A stretch of DNA of 64,000 nucleotides from Nanobdellota archaeon (GCA_038046005.1 JBBSXB010000001.1:107213-171212); one strand, 5' to 3'. Positions 1-10,228 are shown, counted from the first letter of the stretch. Translations and numbers: made by a program. Notes: generated from the letters alone by a model not told the origin.

Positions 1-1247
1 CCAGAAGAAGCTAAAAGAAAAATAGCTGCTATGTTTAGTAAGATATTTAAGATTATTGAAAAGACTAGTGAAAAAATAACTTTTCGCAGTTTTCCCTGTG
101 AAATGTAAAGAGAAGAATAAAGTGAGATTATCGGGGATATCAACAGCACGACAGAGAATATTCTAAGAATGTTTGCTGATGAAATGTATTCTTCGCCAAA
201 AATGATTTTTACTAAAAGAGGAGAAAAAACTAAAGTGAATAAAAATGCGAATATTCCAAGCAAAATGGTAATATTACGAGCTTTTTGAAACCCTTTATAT
301 AATCTTTTGCCTTTCAATTTTATAAATAGGGGAAAAAGAACACTTGAGAATGTTAACAGAGGGATAGCAGAAGTAATCAAACTCAAAGCTGCCCTGTAGT
401 AGGCAATAAATTCTGCGTCAACGAATCTCCCGAGAATTATTATGTCTATATAACCAAACAAAAGCCCAGAGAGAGTTAAAGCAGATAAAGATATGATAAA
501 TTTGTTAACAATACTCTTTTCATTTTTTTTCAATCCATCATTTCTTTTTTTTAGAAAGTTAATTTCTTTTTTGGCACTAAAAAAAATATACAAAAACACA
601 GTCAAATAGGAAAAAGAAAGTCCAAGGATTACTGAGGCTATCAAAATATCCGAAGAAAGACGTGATATAAAAAGTAGTATTAGTAATGGCACTATGATAA
701 GACGTAAAACTTGAAAAATAATTTCTTGGAAAAGACCTTTTTTAAAATTGTTTAAAGCCGGAAAAAGGCTTGCAAAAAGAGAATTCAGAGAATTAAAAGC
801 GATATAAAAGCTTCCAGCAATTAAAGCATAAAATATGGGTTTTTCATAGTAATAATTTGCTATAAAATATGATAATAAGATCATAATGAGGATTAATGAG
901 GAGGTTAGAATAACTTTAGTTTTTAATAAGTAAGAAAAATATGCTTTAGACTTTTTTTCAGCCCTTGATGAAACGACGAATTTTATTAAAGTTTGCCCAA
1001 TACCGAGATCAGAAAATAATGCAAAAAGAGATATTGTTGAAAGTGCTAAAGAATACAACCCAAAAAGTTCAGGCATTAACAATCTTGCAGTAATTATCGT
1101 AAATATCAGAGAGCCTATTTTAGAAACTAAAATTGTTGCGGTGGTCCAGCCTGAATTTTTAATTGCCTGGCCGGTATTGCCAGAAAAATTTCGCTTCTTT
1201 ATCCTTATCAACACATCTTGCAAAAAAAAAGGTGTTTTTTTTAACAT
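1..1247 (-). CDS. Oligosaccharide flippase (Wzx/MATE-like), 3' end runs off the window
   Basis: Manual translation from ATG at 1247: ...IKNSGWTTATILVSKIGSLIFTIITARLLMPELFGLYSLALS...SDLGIG, a typical Wzx N-terminus; multi-TM; absent from the ORF track because no stop falls in the window. Confidence 0.8.
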   Translation of the reverse strand, partial: MLKKTPFFLQDVLIRIKKRNFSGNTGQAIKNSGWTTATILVSKIGSLIFTIITARLLMPELFGLYSLALSTISLFALFSDLGIGQTLIKFVVSSRAEKKSKAYFSYLLKTKVILTSSLILIMILLSYFIANYYYEKPIFYALIAGSFYIAFNSLNSLFASLFPALNNFKKGLFQEIIFQVLRLIIVPLLILLFISRLSSDILIASVILGLSFSYLTVFLYIFFSAKKEINFLKKRNDGLKKNEKSIVNKFIISLSALTLSGLLFGYIDIIILGRFVDAEFIAYYRAALSLITSAIPLLTFSSVLFPLFIKLKGKRLYKGFQKARNITILLGIFAFLFTLVFSPLLVKIIFGEEYISSANILRIFSVVLLISPIISLYSSLYISQGKLRKVIFSLVFSIILNILLNIAAIFLLASS

Positions 1248-1312
1248 AATTTAAACAAAAGCTTAACACTTTAAAAAATGATCTTATTATAAATAATGTT
1301 TTTTTCTATATT

Positions 1313-2107
1313 TCACTCTTCAATTTTTCTTATAAGGTCTGTAAATGCAGGTCTTGTGATTAAGACACCTGCGGTGATTCCTATTAATGTTGTAACTGCA
1401 AAACCTTTAAGCAAGCCTGCTCCAGCCCACAATAAAGGCAACAATGAAACAAAAACAGTGAAATAAGAACCGAGTATAATTGCAAATGCTCTCTTCATTT
1501 TTTCTTTAAGACTAAGGACCTTTCCATGTTTAGCCTCATCTATGACCACAATTTGCTGATCGACTCCAGTACCAATAGTTGCAAGTATTCCTGCAATTCC
1601 GGGAAGGTCAATATTCCATTTTATCAAAGCAGCAATTCCCAGAATTATTATCACTTCAGAAAAGCTTGTCAACAACAATGCAAGAGAAGTTTTGATTTTT
1701 TTGTATCTTACAAAGATTATTATAGAGACTGCCAAGAAAGAGGCGATGCCTGTAATAAAAATGGCCCGTGTAAAATCCTTTCCATCATTATCTCCTTGGT
1801 ACATACATCCGCTGCCAAGATGAACAAAGTAAATTCTTCTTAGTGCACATTCTGTGGATAAGTTTATCGCAGCGCTTACATTTGACTGTAGAGTTTCCTC
1901 TTTATGTTTTTCACACCAGTCAATGTTGGGTTTACCAGTTTTGCCAATAGCATTTATAACAACTGATGGTTTTGTTTCATCTAAGAAAGAGGCTAGATCT
2001 TTAATATTCGTTGGATCGACAATTTCTCGGTCAACTATTTCATAACCTAAACTGCTAGAAATTCTCGTACCCAAAAATCCTTTGCCAAAAACAATTTGTT
2101 CATCCAT
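1313..2107 (-). CDS. Chimeric ORF: N-terminal RmlD/NRS-ER-like reductase fragment fused to a SecD C-terminal membrane domain
   Basis: aa 1-110: GKGFLG, VINAIGKTGKPNIDWCE, HLGSGCMY (rhamnose epimerase/reductase-like); the rest aligns without gaps to the C-terminus of SecD at 3210..4730 (FVRYKKIK, WAGAGLLKGFA, LITRPAF). Confidence 0.8.
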   Translation of the reverse strand: MDEQIVFGKGFLGTRISSSLGYEIVDREIVDPTNIKDLASFLDETKPSVVINAIGKTGKPNIDWCEKHKEETLQSNVSAAINLSTECALRRIYFVHLGSGCMYQGDNDGKDFTRAIFITGIASFLAVSIIIFVRYKKIKTSLALLLTSFSEVIIILGIAALIKWNIDLPGIAGILATIGTGVDQQIVVIDEAKHGKVLSLKEKMKRAFAIILGSYFTVFVSLLPLLWAGAGLLKGFAVTTLIGITAGVLITRPAFTDLIRKIEE

Positions 2108-3114
2108 CTTTCAAAGGTCTCCACCAAGATTCATTTTCTCTATACCATTCCACTAAATTTTTTAAACCTGTGTTAAAATCTGAATGTTTTGGCTCAAAAC
2201 CTAGCCCTCTAAATTTTGAATCATCTATAGAATATCTAAAATCATGACCCTTTCTGTGATCTACTCTTTGCACCATTTCTTCACCAACCCCAAATATATC
2301 GAGAAGTGTTTTAGTAACGTCAGTATTTGTTCTCTCATTTCTTCCCGCAATGTTATAAATTTCTCCAGGTTTTCCTTTTTGGGATAGATGTCATATTGCT
2401 CTACAGTTATCCTTTACATCCAGCCAATCTCTAACATTTAATCCAGGATTTTCTAGAGACCACATCAAGGGAACTTTCTTTCCATCAATAAGATGTGTTA
2501 TAAACAAAGGTAAAAATTTTTCAGGAAATTGAAAAGGGCCGTAGTTGTTTGCACTTCTTGTCACAATTACTGGAAGGCCATGAGTATAAAAATAAGATCT
2601 TGCAAGATGCTCCGCTGCTGCCTTTGTTGCAGAATAAGGGCTTCTAAGGTTTAGCACATCACCTTCTTTTGAAGATGGGCTAAACTCATCTAGACTTCCA
2701 TACACTTCGTCTGTTGAAACTTGTAAAAAAAGACTAACATTACTTTTCAAAGAAGCTTCTAATAGATTACGCGTACCCCTAACATTTGTTTCAACAAAAG
2801 AAGAAGAATCACCAATACATCTGTCAACATGAGTTTCTGCCGCAAAATGAAAAACTATATTAGGTTTATATTCATTAAAAATTTCAGACACTTCTGGTGA
2901 ACAAATGTCTACTTGCTTGAATTTATATCTTGATCGCTTCCCAGTCCCAAGGCCTAATATGCATGCACTCTAAATTTCTTCCCTGCCCCGCGTATGTTAG
3001 ATTATCAACATTGCAAACTTGGTTTTCTTCTTTAAATTCTGGGTCGTGAAGTAAATACTCAATAAAGTTGCTCCCTATAAACCCGCTTCCGCCTGTGACT
3101 AGAATTCTTGGCAT
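2100..3114 (-). pseudogene. rmlB: dTDP-glucose 4,6-dehydratase, disrupted
   Basis: VTGGSGFIGS, FAAETHVDR, STDEVYG, YSATK, NNYGP, DHRKGHDFRY motifs; frameshift near 2925-2965 and in-frame TGA at 2391-2393 (probable Trp position), after which the frame continues to 2100. Confidence 0.85.
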
Positions 3115-3209
3115 TTTAAAAGCCAACAAAAAAAACTATTTAAAGTATTATGTAGCAGGAATATATATTATTCACTTCTAGATTTTATTCTACAAAATCA
3201 GCTATTTTT

Positions 3210-4730
3210 CTATTCGTGTATCCTTCTAACAATATCTGCAAATGCGGGCCTCGTGATCAATATTCCAACAGTAACACTTAGTATAGTTGTTAAAGCAAAT
3301 CCTTTTAACATTCCTGCCCCTGCCCAAAATAAAGGGAGCATTGCTGCTATAATTGTGAAGAAAGCTCCAAAAATAATGAACAGGGCCCTTTTTATCCTTT
3401 CTTTTGCACTTAAATGTTTATTAGAAGTAGCTTCATCTAGTATAACAATTTGGTCGTTTACCCCCGTTCCCATTCCAGCTATTATTCCCGCGATACTTGG
3501 AGCGTCTAAATTCCAGCCTATTAAAGCAGCAATTCCCAAAGTTATGAATGCTTCTGAGAACATTGTTAAGATTACAGAAAGGGTTAATTTTATTTTCCTG
3601 TATCTAACAAATAAAATAATTGAGATTATTACAAATACTAAAATTCCCAAAAAGATTATGTTCTTGGTAAACTCTTTCCCAAGATTAGGAGATAAAGTGT
3701 CCAGCTTGACAATTTCCAGTTTATAAGGAAGACTCCCAGTTATCAGTATAGTTTGAAGATTATGCATTGATTCTTCAGCAGCAGTATAAGCATCTTCTTC
3801 TGTTGCACCAGAGCCAGAACCAGAAATAGATATTTGTGTTGTGACTCTTCCCTTAAGGCTGTCCCCAATTAAAAGAGTGTCAACAAGATTGTCATCTAGA
3901 TAAAGGTCTAAATTTTTAGACAAATAACTTCCCTGCGCAGTTAAGTTTACGCTAAGATTTTTTGTTAAGTCAGCATGTCTTTGTGCTGCTTGTTCACTTA
4001 GATAAACTGAAAATCTGAAACTACAGAAAAATCCTCCAGATTGCGAGGGAAAACAGCTTTCCACTCCTGCACAAGTTGCATCATTTCTGCAAACAGAGGT
4101 TATGTCTTTGTCTCCGCCTACAAAAGCGGTGTCGTTCCCTATTTTAGCTTCAAATTTCCCTTGTTGGGAAATAAGAGTTTCCAAATCTTTAGGTGTTGCA
4201 CCAGCTATTTCAATTAATACAAAATTATTTCCGCTCAAATCTGAAACTGGAGCAATAACCACATCCGCAATTCCATAAACATTAAACCTATTACTGATTA
4301 CATCCACAAGATCTGTCATTTCTGAAGAAGTAAGATCTTTCTCCTTGGCTTTTATCAAAGCCCTAGACCCTCCAGAGAGATCAAGTCCCGTCTTGATATT
4401 TGTTTTAGGGATAGAAGAGACTGTTAAACCCAAAGATTGATTAGAGTAAACAATAAACTCTCCCTCATTTGTTGTTATTATTGTTTTTAAATATTGATTT
4501 GAATAATTTTTAGCGCCGACAATTTTGGAAAAATCTTCTACACTAGAAATTTTTTCACCATCAATAAAAGTAATAACCTGGCCCTGCCTAAGCCCCTCCG
4601 ATAATTCTGTGGAATTTCTTTCAACACTTGTTATCACAACCCCCTTTTCTAAAGACTTCCAAGGAGCGATTATTAAAAAGGCCAAAAGTAAAACAGTTAG
4701 CAAAATCCAAATCCTAAGCCCTAATTTCAT
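3210..4730 (-). CDS. secD: Protein translocase subunit SecD with PDZ-like N-terminal insert
   Basis: GLDLSGGS motif, large extracytoplasmic domain, C-terminal TM bundle, adjacent to secF. Confidence 0.92.
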   Translation of the reverse strand: MKLGLRIWILLTVLLLAFLIIAPWKSLEKGVVITSVERNSTELSEGLRQGQVITFIDGEKISSVEDFSKIVGAKNYSNQYLKTIITTNEGEFIVYSNQSLGLTVSSIPKTNIKTGLDLSGGSRALIKAKEKDLTSSEMTDLVDVISNRFNVYGIADVVIAPVSDLSGNNFVLIEIAGATPKDLETLISQQGKFEAKIGNDTAFVGGDKDITSVCRNDATCAGVESCFPSQSGGFFCSFRFSVYLSEQAAQRHADLTKNLSVNLTAQGSYLSKNLDLYLDDNLVDTLLIGDSLKGRVTTQISISGSGSGATEEDAYTAAEESMHNLQTILITGSLPYKLEIVKLDTLSPNLGKEFTKNIIFLGILVFVIISIILFVRYRKIKLTLSVILTMFSEAFITLGIAALIGWNLDAPSIAGIIAGMGTGVNDQIVILDEATSNKHLSAKERIKRALFIIFGAFFTIIAAMLPLFWAGAGMLKGFALTTILSVTVGILITRPAFADIVRRIHE

Positions 4731-5680
4731 TTTATTCCTCTTTTGTCACAGTACCATTTAATTATACTGGCGTTTGTGAGCCATGTGTTGAAGATATCTG
4801 CGCATAAACCGATAGCCAGTATTAAAAAAATCTGCCTAAATGAATCTGGAAGACCGGTGACTAGGAAAAAAGCAGGAAGTACGGCTGCCAAGGCAGTTAA
4901 AGTCATTAATATACCTGTTTTGAATGCACCGTAAATTCTTTTGTTCAAAGAATCTTCATGAGATTTTAATGCCCTAGATGTTAGCAATATGTCTGTATCA
5001 ACAGAATAACCTATAAGCATTAAGAAAGCTGCAATTCCTGCGGCAGATATTTTTACCTCGAAAAAGTTTAATACTGCTAAAGGCATAACTATGTCTGCAA
5101 AGACTGCAAATATGACTGCAATGCTTGGAATAAATGTTCTAAAAAGAAATAATATAACAAAAGACATTAAGATAAATGATATTATAAGAGCCATTATTAA
5201 TTGCTTGTAAAAACCTTGACTCAAAGTTGATCCGGTAAACTCTATTGTAGAATTTGCATCTGTTAATTCATAACCAAGTACTTTTTCAATTTCTAGTTTT
5301 AATGTTTGTGGTTCTGCCGAGCTTTCAATTATTAGTGCAATTTGTTTTTGGGATGTAATATCACTAAGACTTGTGAATGATACATCTGGAAATTTTGTTT
5401 TTAGTCCTGTTTCTAAGACTTCCCTGTTTATGTTTCCTTGCAATGTTATGGATGACCCACCTGAGAGAGAAACATCTTTGTAAATGAAATCGCCATGATT
5501 TTGATAGAATATAACTAAATAGACCAGACATAAAGCCAGGACAATTAGAGGAATTAAAAGCAGAGTCTTATGGTGTTTGTCATACCAATGTTTATGTTCT
5601 TTGAATGTTTTATGTTTTTGCTCTTGCGCATGCTCTTTTTTTTCTTCTGTTTTTTCCGCGTGTTGCTCGCTGTTTTCCAT
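4727..5680 (-). CDS. secF: Protein translocase subunit SecF
   Basis: DVSLSGG, AAFLMLIGYSVDTDILL motifs; overlaps secD start. Confidence 0.92.
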   Translation of the reverse strand: MENSEQHAEKTEEKKEHAQEQKHKTFKEHKHWYDKHHKTLLLIPLIVLALCLVYLVIFYQNHGDFIYKDVSLSGGSSITLQGNINREVLETGLKTKFPDVSFTSLSDITSQKQIALIIESSAEPQTLKLEIEKVLGYELTDANSTIEFTGSTLSQGFYKQLIMALIISFILMSFVILFLFRTFIPSIAVIFAVFADIVMPLAVLNFFEVKISAAGIAAFLMLIGYSVDTDILLTSRALKSHEDSLNKRIYGAFKTGILMTLTALAAVLPAFFLVTGLPDSFRQIFLILAIGLCADIFNTWLTNASIIKWYCDKRGIK

Positions 5681-5709
5681 TTTTTAATATAATAAATTGC
5701 CTTATTAAA

Positions 5710-5780
5710 TGCGCCGGCCGGGAGTCGAACCCGGGCAATTTGCTTGGAAGGCAAATGTCATACCGTTAGACCACCAGCGC
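5710..5780 (-). tRNA. tRNA-Gly(TCC)
   Basis: Cloverleaf GCGCTGG...TTTGC-CTTCCAA-GCAAA...GGTTCGACTCC...CCGGCGCA. Confidence 0.95.
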
Positions 5781-5834
5781 GAGTAAATTACAAATATAGC
5801 AGCGAAAAACAAGTTTTAAAGGTTTTCTGTAAAG

Positions 5835-6263
5835 TTAAAGAATATTGTGCTTCTTGAGAAATTCCAGATGAGTGGGAATTATATTATTTATTTCATTTTT
5901 TGTAAGAATTAACTCGCTCGCCTCATCATTAAGGAAAATTTTTCCGGGTTTTAATCCACAAAGAAAAACCAGTGAAATTGCATGCTGACCGCCCCTTTTC
6001 CAATCATCAAATTCCATAAATCCTAAAAATTTTTTAACATCTAAACCAATTCCTAACTCTCTGCCTGAAATTCTTTGAATTGATTCTTGGACAATTTCAC
6101 CAAACAAGACAGTTCCTCCAGGAAGATGCCATTTTCCTAAGTAGGGAGGGATTGACCTTTTAGTTAGTAAAATTCCTTCTTTGCTTTTTATAATTAGATC
6201 AACACAAAGTCTGGGAACCTTTGAGTAAATTTCCTTAAATTCTTCAGGCGAAAGTTTTTTCAT
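5835..6263 (-). CDS. NUDIX hydrolase (GDP-mannose mannosyl hydrolase-like)
   Basis: VPRLCVDLII and WHLPGGTVLFGE...RELGI Nudix-like box. Confidence 0.85.
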   Translation of the reverse strand: MKKLSPEEFKEIYSKVPRLCVDLIIKSKEGILLTKRSIPPYLGKWHLPGGTVLFGEIVQESIQRISGRELGIGLDVKKFLGFMEFDDWKRGGQHAISLVFLCGLKPGKIFLNDEASELILTKNEINNIIPTHLEFLKKHNIL

Positions 6264-6296
6264 TCTACGAAGATGAAAATTTATTTTAAATAATTA

Positions 6297-6371
6297 TGCC
6301 CGAGACAGGAGTTGAACCTGCGACCCCAAGGTTAGGAACCTTGTGCTCTATCCAGGCTGAGCTACCCGGGC
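6297..6371 (-). tRNA. tRNA-Arg(CCT)
   Basis: GCCCGGGTAGCTCAG...CAAGG-TTCCTAA-CCTTG...GGTTCAACTCC...CGGGCA. Confidence 0.95.
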
Positions 6372-6381
6372 TTAAACTAAA

Positions 6382-6465
6382 TGCGGAGTACAGGATTTGA
6401 ACCTGCGCAGGCACTAAGCCAATGGAGCCTTAATCCATCCCATTTGACCACTCTGGCAACTCCGC
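6382..6465 (-). tRNA. tRNA-Leu with AAG anticodon as sequenced
   Basis: Long variable arm TGGCTTAGTGCC shared with the Leu(CAA) gene; anticodon arm ATGGA-TTAAGGC-TCCAT; discriminator A. Confidence 0.9.
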
Positions 6466-6591
6466 GTAAAAACCTACGGTTTTTTATCCCTCAAGCAACT
6501 TCCTCTCTTTGCCTCCAAAGGAAGTTTTAACAAAATTATCAAATATTAGCTGTATAAAAAGCTTTATAAATGCTATAAATCATAAACTTTT

Positions 6592-6706
6592 GGAGACGGC
6601 CATAGTAGATTGGAAACACCTGGTCTCTTTCCGAACCCAGAAGTTAAGCTTTCTACGCCGTTGGTGTTAGTGGCCGAAAAGCTGCGAAGCTTCGGTGCTG
6701 TCTCTC
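6592..6706 (+). rRNA. rrf: 5S rRNA, unlinked from 16S/23S
   Basis: GGCCATAG, CCGAACCCAGAAGTTAAGC hallmark, terminal helix GAGACGGC/GCTGTCTC, followed by a T-run. Confidence 0.92.
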
Positions 6707-6761
6707 ATTTTTTTTCTTAAGTTTTCGCAAAGAATATAAAATAGTTTTAATTGATATAATA

Positions 6762-7073
6762 ATGAAGAAAAAAATAACAAAAAAAGAAGCTGAGAAACAA
6801 GTAGAAGAATTCTTCCATAATATTCATGAAAAAAGTTCTAAGGATGTCAAAAAAATAAAAAGACTTGCAATGTCATACAATATAAAACTTGGAGAAAAAA
6901 GAAAATTATTCTGCAAAGAGTGCTTTACCCCTTACAAAGAACCAAGTGTTAGAATCAAAAATGATTTTATAACAATAACCTGCGACAAGTGTGAGCATAA
7001 AAACAGATGGAAATTTGAAGGGGAATTAGACCTTAGCTCAATGACTCATGAAGAAGATGAATGTGAGTGTTGA
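6762..7073 (+). CDS. RNase P protein Rpp21 (Rnp4)-like
   Basis: KRKLFCKEC...ITCDKC zinc ribbon, basic. Confidence 0.7.
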   Translation: MKKKITKKEAEKQVEEFFHNIHEKSSKDVKKIKRLAMSYNIKLGEKRKLFCKECFTPYKEPSVRIKNDFITITCDKCEHKNRWKFEGELDLSSMTHEEDECEC

Positions 7074-7274
7074 CTAACTCTTCTTGAATTTTCCAATCAA
7101 TTCTATGTAATCAGCTTGTCCTAGCAACATTGATCTGCAGCAATATCTTTCAATTCCGAGTTCTTCGAAAACTTTTTGAGCAGACTCTCCGTTTTCATTA
7201 ACTCTTTTCTTGAATTCTTCCCATAAATGTCCTATGGGTTTACCGCATGAAAAGCATCTGACTGGAACTATCAT
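7074..7274 (-). CDS. rpoN: RNA polymerase subunit N (Rpo10)
   Basis: MIVPVRCFSCGK...RYCCR. Confidence 0.97.
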   Translation of the reverse strand: MIVPVRCFSCGKPIGHLWEEFKKRVNENGESAQKVFEELGIERYCCRSMLLGQADYIELIGKFKKS

Positions 7275-7348
7275 AATAATAAACCTGGATGTTGGTTTTT
7301 AAAGTTTACTATAGATAACTTTAAATAAAATGAGTGAAAAATAATATC

Positions 7349-8091
7349 ATGACTCCAGACAAGTTAATAGAACTAAAAAATGTTGCAAAGTATTATGAGA
7401 TGGGCTAGGCGACAGTCAAGGCTCTTGACTCCATTAATTTAGTAATAGAAAAGGGGATTTTGTCGCAATTATGGGGCCCAGCGGATCTGGAAAAAGCACA
7501 GCAATGAATCTAACAGGAAGTCTTGATTTGGCGACGAAAGGAGATATTTTTCTTTCCAATGAAAACATTGAAGATATGACTGAATCTGAACTGGCACAGC
7601 TGCGCGGGAAAAAAATAGGATTGATTTTTCAGCAATTTAACCTTATCCCAAATTTAACTGCGAAAGAAAATATAATGCTGCCAATGTTATTCCAGGGCAT
7701 TAGCAAAGACGAAAGAGAAAGAAAAGCTAAAGAACTTTTGAAGCTTGTAGAATTGACCGACAGAGAAGAACATTACCCAAACCAGCTTTCCGGAGGGCAG
7801 CAACAAAGAGTGGCGATTGCTCGTTCTTTGGCTAATGATCCAGAGATAATTTTAGCAGATGAGCCCACGGGAAATTTAGACAGCAAGACCGGTAAAAAAG
7901 TCATGGAATTTCTAAAAAAACTTAATGAAAAAGATAGAACAATAATAATTGTGACGCACGATCCAAATTTAGCTAGAGAGTATGCAAAAACAATTTATTC
8001 TCTAAGAGATGGAGTAATTGAGTCAGTTGAGAGAAAAACAAAAAATTCTTGGAAAAAAATAAGGGAAGAGAAAAACAAAAAAGGGGGATAA
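7349..8091 (+). pseudogene. LolD/MacB-type ABC ATPase, 5' end disrupted
   Basis: Natural start ATG 7349 (MTPDKLIELKNVAKYYEMG), in-frame TAG at 7406-7408 and a frameshift at GGGG 7453-7456; Walker A GPSGSGKS, LSGGQQQR and DEPT downstream. Confidence 0.8.
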
Positions 8092-8126
8092 ACTGTCAAA
8101 ATTGATTCTGGCTTTTAATTTTTACA

Positions 8127-9345
8127 ATGATTAAAGATTATTTTACACTTGCTTTTGGGAGTGTCAGGCATAGGGGGTTAAGAAGTTGGCTCACGATGCT
8201 TGGGGTTTTTATTGGAATCGCTGCAGTTGTTTCATTAATCTCCATGGGCCAAGGATTGAAAACAGCCGTTACTGGCCAATTTGGAGCTTTATCAGTTGAC
8301 AAATTAACTATCCAGAACAAAGGAACAGCATTTGGGCCTCCTGGAAGCACTGTTGTTGAAAAATTAAATGACGGGGATGTAAGAATAATAACAGAGGCTA
8401 GGGGGGTTGATAAAGTGGTCACGAGGCTGATAAGAGTTGTAAATTTAGAGTATAATAAAGTTGCAGAGTTTACGTATATGGGAGACATTCCCAATACTCA
8501 AGAAGGAGCAAATTTGGTTTATACAAGTCTTAATGTTGGCGCAAAAGAAGGCAGACTTTTAAAACCTGATGACAGTGGAAAAGTCTTATTGGGAAATAAT
8601 TTTGAAAACAACCAAAATTTTGGGAAGAAAGTTCAAGTTGGGAAAACAATAAAATTAAACGGAAAAGATTTTGAGATTGTTGGAATTCTTGAGAAAAGCA
8701 GCAGTTTACAAATTAATGGAGTAGCTTTAACCACAACTAAAGATTTGGAAGATTTGCTCAATATAAAAAATGAGTATGATTTGATTATTGCACAGGTAAC
8801 AGATCAAAATGAGATAGAAAGTGTTGCAGCAGATATTGAGAACAGACTAAGAAAAGCTCGGAATGAAAAAGTTGGGGAAGAAAGTTTTAGTGTACAAACG
8901 CCCATTGAGGCATTGGGTTCTGTCACAACTATACTAGATATTGTCAACATAGTGGTTGTGGGTATTGCAATGATTTCATTGCTCGTCGGAGGAATTGGAA
9001 TTGCAAACACAATGTACACAAGTGTAATTGAGAGGAGAAAACAAATAGGCGTAATGAAAGCTGTTGGAGCAAGAAATAAAGATATTTTACATATTTTTGA
9101 TTGAGTCTGGGCTTTTGGGTTTCACTGGAGCAGCTATGGGGGTTTTATTGGGATTTTTAGCGAGCAAAATGATAGAGTACATTGCAATTAATATGTTAAA
9201 AACAAATTTGCTTCAAGTTGCCGCGCCAGTTTACCTTATTTTAGGGTGTTTAACTTTTGGTTTTTTAATTGGGGCTATATCTGGGACTTTCCCAGCAATA
9301 AGAGCGTCAAAAGTTAACATTGTTGATGCTTTGCGTTACGAATAA
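8127..9345 (+). pseudogene. MacB/FtsX-type ABC permease, frameshifted near 9090
   Basis: RSWLTMLGVFIGIAAVV, GGIGIANTMYTSVIERRKQIG; C-terminus (IFLIESGLLG...DALRYE) lies in another frame; may be a sequencing indel. Confidence 0.8.
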
Positions 9346-9432
9346 TTAAAAAATATTAACAAACAGTGAACACAAATCTTTATAAATAGGATTTTACTTT
9401 GAAAGACTAATAAAAAGAAGTTGGAAAATAAA

Positions 9433-9624
9433 ATGAAAAAGTGTATTTATTGCAGTGCCGAAATTCCTTCTGAGAGTGTAATTGATTTCTGCCACAGATG
9501 TGGTGTTGGTGTTTGGGGAGAAAAAATGTTCAAAGCAATACTTCAAAATATGGAGGATGCAAGAGCTAAAGGAGACCTTTGTGATCCTGGAAACACAAGA
9601 GGCGAGATTTCTGGAAGAAGATAA
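9433..9624 (+). CDS. Small zinc-ribbon hypothetical protein
   Basis: CIYC...CHRC; TATA-like TTTATAAA upstream. Confidence 0.6.
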   Translation: MKKCIYCSAEIPSESVIDFCHRCGVGVWGEKMFKAILQNMEDARAKGDLCDPGNTRGEISGRR

Positions 9625-9662
9625 ATCAATAGTTTTTTAAAGGAACTTTTTCTGACTAATTC

Positions 9663-9926
9663 ATGAGAAAAAAACCTGTTAAACAAAAGGGAAAATTAAG
9701 CTTTAGTAGGTACTTTCAAGAGCTGAATCCAGGAGATTTTGTTTCAGTTATAAAAGAGCTGTCAGTTCCATCAACCTTCCCAAAAAGACTTCAAGGCAGA
9801 ACTGGAGTTGTTGAAGGAAAAAGGGGAAGAACCTATGTTGTAAATATAAAAGACCAGGAAAAAAGTAAGAAATTTTTGATAGAAGCCATACATTTAAAAA
9901 AAATAAAAGCTATGGAGAAAGCATGA
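9663..9926 (+). CDS. rpl21e: 50S ribosomal protein L21e
   Basis: QGRTGVVEGKRGR, IHLK; synteny with rpoF and DUF655. Confidence 0.93.
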   Translation: MRKKPVKQKGKLSFSRYFQELNPGDFVSVIKELSVPSTFPKRLQGRTGVVEGKRGRTYVVNIKDQEKSKKFLIEAIHLKKIKAMEKA

Positions 9927-10228
9927 TAAAAAACACCGAAGCCATAAGTATGGCAGAATCAATAGAATATTTAAAAGAAGCAAAAGATGAAGGAAAAGAA
10001 ACAATTGCTTTTATAAAAAAGTTCAACAAACTTTCACCAAAAGATGGAAAAGAAATGAGGGCAAAATTGGAGAAAGCAGATATTATAAAACTTGATGAAA
10101 AAAGCATAAGCAAGATAATTGATGTTTTACCAGAAAATGCTGAAGAGATAAACAAAATTTTTGTAGGAGTAAGTTTAGATGAAGAAGAGAGCAAAAAAAT
10201 AGTAGAAATTGTAAAGGGGATTAAATGA
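9923..10228 (+). CDS. rpoF: RNA polymerase subunit F (Rpo4)
   Basis: KIIDVLPENAEEI HRDC-like motif; synteny. Confidence 0.88.
   Translation: MIKNTEAISMAESIEYLKEAKDEGKETIAFIKKFNKLSPKDGKEMRAKLEKADIIKLDEKSISKIIDVLPENAEEINKIFVGVSLDEEESKKIVEIVKGIK

Noticed and set aside
6497-6526. Hairpin AACTTCCT...AGGAAGTT between tRNA-Leu and 5S rRNA
   Set aside because: Single 8-bp stem with no further support for a separate RNA
7074-7274. rpoN displaced from its usual place after rps9
   Set aside because: Real, but local rearrangement is common in reduced archaeal genomes
2391-7408. Stop-codon reassignment (TGA in rmlB, TAG in the ABC ATPase)
   Set aside because: Both genes also have frameshifts, and TGA/TAG terminate many intact genes in the window
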